Below, piece by piece: positions 1 to 14,128 of a stretch of DNA of 64,000 nt; position 1 is the first letter of the stretch, and each line of letters opens with the position of its first letter. The stretch lies in the NCBI RefSeq assembly GCF_009914755.1, contig NC_060925.1. One strand, given 5' to 3'. Made by a program: the position numbers and the translations under genes. The stretch comes from the human T2T-CHM13v2.0 reference genome, Homo sapiens. Below the pieces are notes generated by a model. That model was not told the DNA's origin. It ran no database searches and saw only the letters and a list, made by a program, of their open reading frames with translations.

Positions 1-1641
1 AATGGAATAATCCACGGACTCGAATGCAATCATCATCGTATAGAATCGAATGGAATCATCGAATGGACTCGAATGGAATAATCATTGAACGGAATCGAAT
101 GGAATCATCATCGGATGGAAACGAATGGAATCATCATCGAATGGAAATGAAAGGAGTCATCATCTAATGGAATTGCATGGAATCATCATCAAATGGAATC
201 GAATGGAATCAACAGCAAATGGAATCAAATGGAATCATTGAACGGAATTGAATGGAATCGTCATCGAATGAATGAATGCAATCATCGAATGGTCTCGATT
301 GCAATCATCTTCAAATGGAATGGAATGGAATCATCGCATAGAATCGAATGGAATTATCATCGAATGGAATCGAATGGTATCAACATCAAACGGAAAAAAA
401 CGGAATTATCGAATGGAATCGAAGAGAATCATCGAACGGACCCGAATGGAATCATCTAATGGAATGGAATGGAATAATCCACGGACACGAATGCAATCAT
501 CGTCGAATGGAATCGAATGGAATCATCGAATGGACTCGAATGGAATAATCATTGAACGGAATCGAATGGAATCATCATCGGATGGAAACGAATGGAATCA
601 TCATCGAATGGAAATGAAAGGAGTCATCATCTAATGGAATTGCATGGAATCATCATCAAATGGAATCGAATGGAATCAACATCAAATGGAATCAAATGGA
701 ATCATTGAACGGAATTGAATGGAATCGTCATCGAATGAATTGAATGCAATCATCGAATGGTCTCGAATGGAATCATCTTCAAATGGAATGGAATGGAATC
801 ATCGCATAGAATCGAATGGAATTATCATCGAATGGAATCGAATGGTATCAACATCAGACGGAAAAAAACGGAATTATCGAATGGAATCGAAGAGAATCTT
901 CGAACGGACCCGAATGGAATCATCTAATGGAATGGCAAGGAATAATCCATGGACTGGAAGGCAATCATCATTGAACGGAATCGAAAGGAATCATCATCGG
1001 ATGGAAACGACTGGAATCATCATCGAATGGAAATGAAAGGAGTCATCATCTAATGGAATTGCATGGAATCATCATAAAATGGAATCGAATGGAATCAACA
1101 TCAAATGGAATCAAATGGAATCATTGAACGGAATTGAATGGAATCGTCATCGAATGAATTGAATGCAATCATCGAATGGTCTCGAATGGAATCATCTTCA
1201 AATGGAATGGAATGGAATCATCGCATAGAATCGAATGGAATTATCATCGAATGGAATCGAATGGAATCAACATCAAACGGAAAAAAACGGAATTATCGAA
1301 TGGAATCGAATAGAATCATCGAATGGACCCGAATGGAATCATCTAATGGAATGGAATGGAATAATCCGTGGACTCGAATGCAATCATCATCGAATGGAAT
1401 CGAATGGAATCATCCAATGGACTCGAATGGAATAATCATTGAACGGAATCGAATGGAATCATCATCGGATGGAAATGAATGGAATCATCATCGAATGGAA
1501 TCGAATAGAATTATGGAATGAAATCCAGTGTTATCATCATCGAATGGACCCGAATGGAATCATCATCCAACGGATGCTAATGGAATCAACATCGAATGAA
1601 TCAAATGGAAACACCATCGAATTGAAACGAATGGAATTACC

Positions 1642-4600
1642 ATGAAATTGAAATGGATGGACTCATCATCGAATGGATTCGAATGGAATCATCGAATAAA
1701 ATTGATTGAAATCATCATCGAATGGAATCGAATGGTATCATTGAATGGAATCGAATGCAATCATCATCAGATGGAAATGAATGGAATCGTCATAGAATGG
1801 AATCGAATGGATTCATTGAATGGAATCAGATGGAATCATCGAATGGACTGGAATGGAATCATTGAATGGACACGAAAGAGATCATGATTGAATGGAATTG
1901 AATGGAATCATCGAATGGTCTCGATTGGAATCATTATCAAATGGAATCGAATGGAATCACCGAATAGAATCGAATGGAACAATCATCGAATGGACTCAAA
2001 TGGAATTATCCTCAAATGGAATGGAATGGAATTATCGAATGCAATCGAATGGAATTATCGAATGCAATCGAATAGAATCATCGAATGGACTCGAATGGAA
2101 TAATCATTGAACGGAATCGAATGGAATCATCATCGGATGGAAACGAATGGAATCATCATCGAATGGAAATGAAAGGAGTCATCATCTAATGGAATTGCAT
2201 GGAATCATCATAAAATGGAATCGAATGGAATCAACATCAAATGGAATCAAATGGAATCATTGAACGGAATTGAATGGAATCGTCATCGAATGAATTGAAT
2301 GCAATCATCGAATGGTCTCGAATGGAATCATCTTCAAATGGAATGGAATGGAATCATCGCATAGAATCGAATGGAATTATCATCGAATGGAATCGAATGG
2401 AATCAACATCAAACGGAAAAAAACGGAATTATCGAATGGAATCGTAGAGAATCATCGAATGGACCCGAATGGAATCATCTAATGGAATGGAATGGAATAA
2501 TCCATGGACTCGAATGCAATCATCATCGAATGGAATCGAATGGAATCATCGAATGGACTCGAATGGAATAATCATTGAACGGAATCGAATGGAATCATCA
2601 TCGGATGGAAATGAAAGGAGTCATCATCTAATGGAATTGCATGGAATCATCATAAAATGGAATCGAATGGAATCAACATCAAATGGAATCAAATGGAATC
2701 ATTGAACGTAATTGAATGGAATCGTCATCGAATGAATTGAATGCAATCATCGAATGGTCTCGAATGGAATCATCTTCAAATGGAATGGAATGGAATCATC
2801 GCATAGAATCGAATGGAATTATCATCGAATGGAATCGAATCGAATCCACATCAAACGGAAAAAAACGGAATTATCTAATGGAATCGAAGAGAATCATCGA
2901 ATGGACCCGAATGGAATCATCTAATGGAATGGAATGGAATAATCCATGGACTCGAATGCAATCATCATCGAATGGAATCGAATGGAATCATCGAATGGAC
3001 TCGAATGGAATAATCATTGAACGGAATCGAATGGAATCATCATCGGATGGAAATGAATGGAATCATCATCGAATGGAATCGAATAGAATTATGGAATGAA
3101 ATCCAGTGTGATCATCATCGAATGGACCCGAATGGAATCATCATACAACGGAAGCTAATGGAATCAACATCGAATGAATCAAATGGAAACACCATCGAAT
3201 TGAAACGAATGGAATTACCATGAAATTGAAATGGATGGACTCATCATCGAATGGATTCGAATGGAATCATCGAATAAAATTGATTGAAATCATCATCGAA
3301 TGGAATCGAATGGTATCATTGAATGGAATCGAATGCAATCATCATCAGATGGAAATGAATGGAATCGTCATAGAATGGAATCGAATGGATTCATTGAATG
3401 GAATCAGATGGAATCATCGAATGGACTGGAATGGAATCATTGAATGGACACGAAAGAGATCATGATTGAATGGAATTGAATGGAATCATCGAATGGTCTC
3501 GATTGGAATCATTATCAAATGGAATCGAATGGAATCACCGAATAGAATCGAATGGAACAATCATCGAATGGACTCAAATGGAATTATCCTCAAATGGAAT
3601 GGAATGGAATTATCGAATGCAATCGAATGGAATTATCGAATGCAATCGAATAGAATCATCGAATGGACTCGAATGGAATAATCATTGAACGGAATCGAAT
3701 GGAATCATCATCGGATGGAAACGAATGGAATCATCATCGAATGGAAATGAAAGGAGTCATCATCTAATGGAATTGCATGGAATCATCATAAAATGGAATC
3801 GAATGGAATCAACATCAAATGGAATCAAATGGAATCATTGAACGGAATTGAATGGAATCGTCATCGAATGAATTGAATGCAATCATCGAATGGTCTCGAA
3901 TGGAATCATCTTCAAATGGAATGGAATGGAATCATCGCATAGAATCGAATGGAATTATCATCGAATGGAATCGAATGGAATCAACATCAAACGGAAAAAA
4001 ACGGAATTATCGAATGGAATCGTAGAGAATCATCGAATGGACCCGAATGGAATCATCTAATGGAATGGAATGGAATAATCCATGGACTCGAATGCAATCA
4101 TCATCGAATGGAATCGAATGGAATCATCGAATGGACTCGAATGGAATAATCATTGAACGGAATCGAATGGAATCATCATCGGATGGAAATGAAAGGAGTC
4201 ATCATCTAATGGAATTGCATGGAATCATCATAAAATGGAATCGAATGGAATCAACATCAAATGGAATCAAATGGAATCATTGAACGTAATTGAATGGAAT
4301 CGTCATCGAATGAATTGAATGCAATCATCGAATGGTCTCGAATGGAATCATCTTCAAATGGAATGGAATGGAATCATCGCATAGAATCGAATGGAATTAT
4401 CATCGAATGGAATCGAATCGAATCCACATCAAACGGAAAAAAACGGAATTATCTAATGGAATCGAAGAGAATCATCGAATGGACCCGAATGGAATCATCT
4501 AATGGAATGGAATGGAATAATCCATGGACTCGAATGCAATCATCATCGAATGGAATCGAATGGAATCATCGAATGGACTCGAATGGAATAATCATTGAAC

Positions 4601-4797
4601 GGAATCGAATGGAATCATCATCGGATGGAAATGAATGGAATCATCATCGAATGGAATCGAATAGAATTATGGAATGAAATCCAGTGTGATCATCATCGAA
4701 TGGACCCGAATGGAATCATCATACAACGGAAGCTAATGGAATCAACATCGAATGAATCAAATGGAAACACCATCGAATTGAAACGAATGGAATTACC
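1642..4797 (+). repeat. Two tandem copies of a 1,578-bp variant unit lacking the C block and EcoRI site
   Basis: Landmarks 1642, 3220, 4798. Both copies share GGACACGAAAGAG, ATCGTAGAGA, GAACGTAATT, GAATCGAATCCAC and the junction at 2101/3679. Confidence 0.88.
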
Positions 4798-7412
4798 ATG
4801 AAATTGAAATGGATGGACTCATCATCGAATGGATTCGAATGGAATCATCGAATAAAATTGATTGAAATCATCATCGAATGGAATCGAATGGTATCATTGA
4901 ATGGAAACGAATGGAATCATCATCAGATGGAAATGAATGGAATCGTCATAGAATGGAATCGAATGGATTCATTGAATGGAATCAGATGGAATCATCGAAT
5001 GGACTGCAATGGAATCATTGAATGGACTCGAAAGGGATCATGATTGAATGGAATTGAATGGAATCATCGAATGGTCTCGATTGGAATCATTATCAAATGG
5101 AATCGAATGGAATCACCGAATAGAATCGAATGGAGCAATCATCGAATGGACTCAAATGGAATTATCCTCAAATGGAATCGAATGGAATTATCGAATGAAA
5201 TCGAATGGAATTATCGAATGCAATCGAATAGAATCATCGAATGGACTCAAATGGAATCATCGAATGGAATGGAATGGAACAGTCAATGAACTCGAATGGA
5301 ATCATCATTGAATGGAATCGAATGGAATCATCGAGTGGAATCGAATGGAATTATGATCAAATGGAATCGAATGTAATCATCATCAAATGGAATCAAAAAT
5401 AAACATCATCAATTGGTATTGAATGGAATTGTCATCAAATGGAATTCAAAGGAATCATCATCAAATGGAACCGAATGGAATCCTCATTGAATGGAAATGA
5501 AAGGGGTCATCATCTAATGGAATCGCATGGAATCATCCTCAAATGGAATCGAATGGAATCATCATCAAATGGAATCTAATGGAATCATTGAAAAGAATTG
5601 AATGGATCGTCATCGAATGAATTGAATGCAATCATCGAATGGTCTCGAATGGAATCATCTTCTAATGGAATGGAATGGAATCATCGCATAGAATCGAATG
5701 CAATTATCATCGAATGGAATCGAATGGTATCAACACCAAACGGAAAAAAACGGAATTATCGAATGGAATCGAAGAGAATCTTCGAACGGACCCGAATGGA
5801 ATCATCTAATGGAATGGAATGGAGTAATCCATGGACTCGAATGCAATCATCATCGAATGGAATCGAATGGAATCATCGAATGGACTCGAATGGAATAATC
5901 ATTGAACGGAATCGAATGGAATCATCATCGGATGGAAATGAATGGAATCATCATCGAATGGAATCGAATAGAATTATGGAATGAAATCCAGTGTGATCAT
6001 CATCGAATGGACCCGAATGGAATCATCATACAACGGAAGCTAATGGAATCAACATCGAATGAATCAAATGGAAACACCATCGAATTGAAACGAATGGAAT
6101 TATCATGAAATTGAAATGGATGGACTCATCATCGAATGGATTCGAATGGAATCATCGAATAAAATTGATTGAAATCATCATCGAATGGAATCGAATGGTA
6201 TCATTGAATGGAATCGAATGGAATCATCATCAGATGGAAATGAATGGAATCGTCATAGAATGGAATCGAATGGATTCATTGAATGGAATCAGATGGAATC
6301 ATCGAATGGACTGGAATGGAATCATTGAATGGACTCGAAAGGGATCATGATTGAATGGAATTGAATGGAATCATCGAATGGTCTCGATTGGAATCATTAT
6401 CAAATGGAATCGAATGGAATCACCGAATAGAATCGAATGGAACAATCATCGAATGGACTCAAATGGAATTATCCTCAAATGGAATCGAATGGAATTATCG
6501 AATGCAATCGAATGGAATTATCGAATGCAATCGAATAGAATCATCGAATGGACTCGAATGGAATCATCGAATGGAATGGAATGGAACAGTCAATGAACTC
6601 GAATGGAATCATCATTGAATGGAATCGAATGGAATTATCGAGTGGAATCGAATGGAATTATGATCAAATGGAATCGAATGTAATCATCATCAAATGGAAT
6701 CAAAAATAACCATCATCAATTGGTATTGAATGGAATTGTCATCAAATGGAATTCAAAGGAATCATCATCAAATGGAACCGAATGGAATCCTCATTGAATG
6801 GAAATGAAAGGGGTCATCATCTAATGGAATCGCATGGAATCATCATCAAATGGAATCGAATGGAATCATCATCAAATGGAATCTAATGGAATCATTGAAA
6901 AGAATTGAATGGAATCGTCATCGAATGAATTGAATGCAATCATCGAATGGTCTCGAATGGAATCATCTTCTAATGGAAAGGAATGGAATCATCGAATAGA
7001 ATCGAATGGAATTATCATCGAATGGAATCGAATGGTATCAACACCAAACGGAAAAAAACGGAATTATCGAATGGAATCAAAGAGAATCTTTGAACGGACC
7101 CGAATGGAATCATCTAATGGAATGGAATGGAATAATCCATGGACTCGAATGCAATCATCATCGAATGGAATCGAATGGAATCATCGAATGGACTCGAATG
7201 GAATAATCATTGAACGGAATCGAATGGAATCATCATCGGATGGAAATGAATGGAATCATCATCGAATGGAATCGAATAGAATTATGGAATGAAATCCAGT
7301 GTGATCATCATCGAATGGACCCGAATGGAATCATCATACAACGGAAGCTAATGGAATCAACATCGAATGAATCAAATGGAAACACCATCGAATTGAAACG
7401 AATGGAATTATC
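4798..7412 (+). repeat. Two short 1,307/1,308-bp units, each with a single A module (homologue at 26756-29370)
   Basis: Landmarks 4798, 6105, 7413 and 26756, 28063, 29371; only one CGGAAAAAAACGG per unit. Confidence 0.88.
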
Positions 7413-8799
7413 ATGAAATTGAAATGGATGGACTCATCATCGAATGGATTCGAATGGAATCATCAAATAAAATTGATTGAAATCATCATCGAATGGAATC
7501 GAATGGTATCATTGAATGGAATCGAATGGAATCATCATCAGATGGAAATGAATGGAATCGTCATAGAATGGAATCGAATGGATTCATTGAATGGAATCAG
7601 ATGGAATCATCGAATGGACTGGAATGGAATCATTGAATGGACTCGAAAGGGATCATGATTGAATGGAATTGAATGGAATCATCGAATGGTCTCGATTGGA
7701 ATCATTATCAAATGGAATCGAATGGAATCACCGAATAGAATCGAATGGAACAATCATCGAATGGACTCAAATGGAATTATCCTCAAATGGAATCGAATGG
7801 AATTATCGAATGCAATCGAATGGAATTATCGAATGCAATCGAATAGAATCATCGAATGGACTCGAATGGAATCATCGAATGGAATGGAATGGAACAGTCA
7901 ATGAACTCGAATGGAATCATCATTGAATGGAAACGAATGGAATCATCTAGTGGAATCGAATGGAATTATGATCAAATGGAATCGAATGTAATCATCATCA
8001 AATGGAATCAAAAATAACCATCATCAATTGGTATTGAATGGAATTGTCATCAAATGGAATTCAAAGGAATCATCATCAAATGGAACCGAATGGAATCCTC
8101 ATTGAATGGAAATGAAAGGGGTCATCATCTAATGGAATCGCATGGAATCATCATCAAATGGAATCGAATGGAATCATCATCAAATGGAATCTAATGGAAT
8201 CATTGAACAGAATTGAATGGAATCGTCATCGAATGAATTGAATGCAATCATCGAATGGTCTCGAATGGAATCATCTTCTAATGGAAAGGAATGGAATCAT
8301 CGCATAGAATCGAATGGAATTATCATCGAATGGAATCGAATGGTATCAACATCAAACGGAAAAAAACGGAATTATCGAATGGAATCGAAGAGAATCTTCG
8401 AACGGACCCGAATGGAATCATCTAATGGAATGGAATGGAATAATCCATGGACTCGAATGCAATCATCATCAAATGGAATCGAATGGAATCATCGAATGGA
8501 CTCGAATGGAATAATCATTGAACGGAATCGAATGGAATCATCATCGGATGGAAACGAATGGAATCATCATCGAATGGAAATGAAAGGAGTCATCATCTAA
8601 TGGAATTGCATGGAATCATCATAAAATGGAATCGAATGGAATCAACATCAAATGGAATCAAATGGAATCATTGAACGGAATTGAATGGAATCGTCATCGA
8701 ATGAATTTACTGCAATCATCGAATGGTCTCGAATGGAATCATCTTCAAATGGAATGGAATGGAATCATCGCATAGAATCGAATGGAATTATCATCGAAT

Positions 8800-11700
8800 G
8801 GAATCGAATGGAATCAACATCAAACGGAAAAAAACGGAATTATCGAATGGAATCGAAGAGAATCATCGAATGGACCCGAATGGAATCATCTAATGGAATG
8901 GAATGGAATAATCCATGTACTCGAATGCAATCATCATCGAATGGAATCGAATGAAATCATCGAATGGACTCGAATGGAATAATCATTGAACGGAATCGAA
9001 TGGAATCATCATCGGATGGAAATGAATGGAATAATCATCGAATGGAATCGAATAGAATTATGGAATGAAATCCAGTGTGATCATCATCGAATGGACCCGA
9101 ATGGAATCATCATCCAACGGAAGCTAATGGAATCAACATCGAATGAATCAAATGGAAACACCATCGAATTGAAAAGAATGGAATTATCATGAAATTGAAA
9201 TGGATGGACTCATCATCGAATGGATTCGAATGGAATCATCGAATAAAATTGATTGAAATCATCATCGAATGGAATCGAATGGTTTCATTGAATGGAATCG
9301 AATGGAATCATCATCAGATGGAAATGAATGGAATCGTCATAGAATGGAATCGAATGGATTCATTGAATGGAATCAGATGGAATCATCGAATGGACTGGAA
9401 TGGAATCATTGAATGGACTCGAAAGGGATCATTGTTGAATGGAATTGAATGGAATCATCGAATGGTCTCGATTGGAATCATTATCAAATGGAATCGAATG
9501 GAATCACCGAATAGAATTAAATGGAACAATCATCGAATGGACTCAAATGGAATTATCCTCAAATGGAATCGAATGGAATTATCGAATGCAATCGAATGGA
9601 ATTATCGAATGCAATCGAATAGAATCATCGCAAGGACTCGAATGGAATCATCGAATGGAATGGAATGGAACAGTCAATGAACTCGAATGGAATCATCATT
9701 GAATGGAATCGAATGGAATCATCGAGTGGAAACGAATGGAATTATGATCAAATGGAATCGAATGTAATCATCATCAAATGGAATCAAAAATAACCATCAT
9801 CAATTGGTATTGAATGGAATTGTCATCAAATGGAATTCAAAGGAATCATCATCAAATGGAACCGAATGGAATCCTCATTGAATGGAAATGAAAGGGGTCA
9901 TCATCTAATGGAATCGCATGGAATCATCATCAAATGGAATCGAATGGAATCATCATCAAATGGAATCTAATGGAATCATTGAATAGAATTGAATGGAATC
10001 GTCATCGAATGAATTGAATGCAATCATCGAATGGTCTCGAATGGAATCATCTTCTAATGGACAGGAATGGAATCATCGCATAGAATCGAATGGAATTATC
10101 ATCGAATGGAATCGAATGGTATCAACACCAAACGGAAAAAAACGGAATTATCGAATGGAATCGAAGAGAATCTTCGAACGGACCCGAATGGAAACATCTA
10201 ATGGAATGGAATGGAATAATCCATGGACTCGAATGCAATCATCATCGAATGGAATCGAATGGAATCATCGAATGGACTCGAATGGAATAATCATTGAACG
10301 GAATCAAATGGAATCATCATCGGATGGAAACGAATGGAATAATCATCGAATGGAAATGAAAGGAGTCATCATCTAATGGAATTGCATGGAATCATCATAA
10401 AATGGAATCGAATGGAATCAACATCAAATGGAATCAAATGGAATCATTGAACGGAATTGAACGGAATCGTCATGGAATGAATTGACTGCAATCATCGAAT
10501 GGTCTCGAAAGGAATCATCTTCAAATGGAATGGAATGGAATCATCGCATAGAATCGAATGGAATTATCATCGAATGGAATCGAATGGAATCAACATCAAA
10601 CGGAAAAAAACGGAATTATCGAATGGAATCGAAGAGAATCATCGAATGGACCCGAATGGAATCATCTAATGGAATGGAATGGAATAATCCATGTACTCGA
10701 ATGCAATCATCATCGAATGGAATCGAATGAAATCATCGAATGGACTCGAATGGAATAATCATTGAACGGAATCGAATGGAATCATCATCGGATGGAAATG
10801 AATGGAATAATCATCGAATGGAATCGAATAGAATTATGGAATGAAATCCAGTGTGATCATCATCGAATGGACCCGAATGGAATCATCATCCAACGGAAGC
10901 TAATGGAATCAACATCGAATGAATCAAATGGAAACACCATCGAATTGAAAAGAATGGAATTATCATGAAATTGAAATGGATGGACTCATCATCGAATGGA
11001 TTCGAATGGAATCATCGAATAAAATTGATTGAAATCATCATCGAATGGAATCGAATGGTTTCATTGAATGGAATCGAATGGAATCATCATCAGATGGAAA
11101 TGAATGGAATCGTCATAGAATGGAATCGAATGGATTCATTGAATGGAATCAGATGGAATCATCGAATGGACTGGAATGGAATCATTGAATGGACTCGAAA
11201 GGGATCATTGTTGAATGGAATTGAATGGAATCATCGAATGGTCTCGATTGGAATCATTATCAAATGGAATCGAATGGAATCACCGAATAGAATTAAATGG
11301 AACAATCATCGAATGGACTCAAATGGAATTATCCTCAAATGGAATCGAATGGAATTATCGAATGCAATCGAATGGAATTATCGAATGCAATCGAATAGAA
11401 TCATCGCAAGGACTCGAATGGAATCATCGAATGGAATGGAATGGAACAGTCAATGAACTCGAATGGAATCATCATTGAATGGAATCGAATGGAATCATCG
11501 AGTGGAAACGAATGGAATTATGATCAAATGGAATCGAATGTAATCATCATCAAATGGAATCAAAAATAACCATCATCAATTGGTATTGAATGGAATTGTC
11601 ATCAAATGGAATTCAAAGGAATCATCATCAAATGGAACCGAATGGAATCCTCATTGAATGGAAATGAAAGGGGTCATCATCTAATGGAATCGCATGGAAT

Positions 11701-14128
11701 CATCATCAAATGGAATCGAATGGAATCATCATCAAATGGAATCTAATGGAATCATTGAACAGAATTGAATGGAATCGTCATCGAATGAATTGAATGCAAT
11801 CATCGAATGGTCTCGAATGGAATCATCTTCTAATGGAAAGGAATGGAATCATCGCATAGAATCGAATGGAATTATCATCGAATGGAATCGAATGGTATCA
11901 ACACCAAACGGAAAAAAACGGAATTATCGAATGGAATCGAAGAGAATCTTCGAACGGACCCGAATGGAAACATCTAATGGAATGGAATGGAATAATCCAT
12001 GGACTCGAATGCAATCATCATCGAATGGAATCGAATGGAATCATCGAATGGACTCGAATGGAATAATCATTGAACGGAATCAAATGGAATCATCATCGGA
12101 TGGAAACGAATGGAATAATCATCGAATGGAAATGAAAGGAGTCATCATCTAATGGAATTGCATGGAATCATCATAAAATGGAATCGAATGGAATCAACAT
12201 CAAATGGAATCAAATGGAATCATTGAACGGAATTGAACGGAATCGTCATGGAATGAATTGACTGCAATCATCGAATGGTCTCGAAAGGAATCATCTTCAA
12301 ATGGAATGGAATGGAATCATCGCATAGAATCGAATGGAATTATCATCGAATGGAATCGAATGGAATCAACATCAAACGGAAAAAAACGGAATTATCGAAT
12401 GGAATCGAAGAGAATCATCGAATGGACCCGAATGGAATCATCTAATGGAATGGAATGGAATAATCCATGTACTCGAATGCAATCATCATCGAATGGAATC
12501 GAATGAAATCATCGAATGGACTCGAATGGAATAATCATTGAACGGAATCGAATGGAATCATCATCGGATGGAAATGAATGGAATAATCATCGAATGGAAT
12601 CGAATAGAATTATGGAATGAAATCCAGTGTGATCATCATCGAATGGACCCGAATGGAATCATCATCCAACGGAAGCTAATGGAATCAACATCGAATGAAT
12701 CAAATGGAAACACCATCGAATTGAAAAGAATGGAATTATCATGAAATTGAAATGGATGGACTCATCATCGAATGGATTCGAATGGAATCATCGAATAAAA
12801 TTGATTGAAATCATCATCGAATGGAATCGAATGGTTTCATTGAATGGAATCGAATGGAATCATCATCAGATGGAAATGAATGGAATCGTCATAGAATGGA
12901 ATCGAATGGATTCATTGAATGGAATCAGATGGAATCATCGAATGGACTGGAATGGAATCATTGAATGGACTCGAAAGGGATCATTGTTGAATGGAATTGA
13001 ATGGAATCATCGAATGTTCTCGATTGGAATCATTATCAAATGGAATCGAATGGAATCACCGAATAGAATTAAATGGAACAATCATCGAATGGACTCAAAT
13101 GGAATTATCCTCAAATGGAATCGAATGGAATTATCGAATGCAATCGAATGGAATTATCGAATGCAATCGAATAGAATCATCGCAAGGACTCGAATGGAAT
13201 CATCGAATGGAATGGAATGGAACAGTCAATGAACTCGAATGGAATCATCATTGAATGGAATCGAATGGAATCATCGAGTGGAAACGAATGGAATTATGAT
13301 CAAATGGAATCGAATGTAATCATCATCAAATGGAATCAAAAATAACCATCATCAATTGGTATTGAATGGAATTGTCATCAAATGGAATTCAAAGGAATCA
13401 TCATCAAATGGAACCGAATGGAATCCTCATTGAATGGAAATGAAAGGGGTCATCATCTAATGGAATCGCATGGAATCATCATCAAATGGAATCGAATGGA
13501 ATCATCATCAAATGGAATCTAATGGAATCATTGAACAGAATTGAATGGAATCGTCATCGAATGAATTGAATGCAATCATCGAATGGTCTCGAATGGAATC
13601 ATCTTCTAATGGAAAGGAATGGAATCATCGCATAGAATCGAATGGAATTATCATCGAATGGAATCGAATGGTATCAACACCAAACGGAAAAAAACGGAAT
13701 TATCGAATGGAATCGAAGAGAATCTTCGAACGGACCCGAATGGAAACATCTAATGGAATGGAATGGAATAATCCATGGACTCGAATGCAATCATCATCGA
13801 ATGGAATCGAATGGAATCATCGAATGGACTCGAATGGAATAATCATTGAACGGAATCAAATGGAATCATCATCGGATGGAAACGAATGGAATAATCATCG
13901 AATGGAAATGAAAGGAGTCATCATCTAATGGAATTGCATGGAATCATCATAAAATGGAATCGAATGGAATCAACATCAAATGGAATCAAATGGAATCATT
14001 GAACGGAATTGAACGGAATCGTCATGGAATGAATTGACTGCAATCATCGAATGGTCTCGAAAGGAATCATCTTCAAATGGAATGGAATGGAATCATCGCA
14101 TAGAATCGAATGGAATTATCATCGAATG
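8800..14128 (+). repeat. Recent triplication of one 1,776-bp unit
   Basis: Three near-identical units share GGTTTCATTG, AGAATTAAATGG, TCGCAAGGACT, GGAAACATCT and CCATGTACTC at 1,776-bp spacing. Confidence 0.88.
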
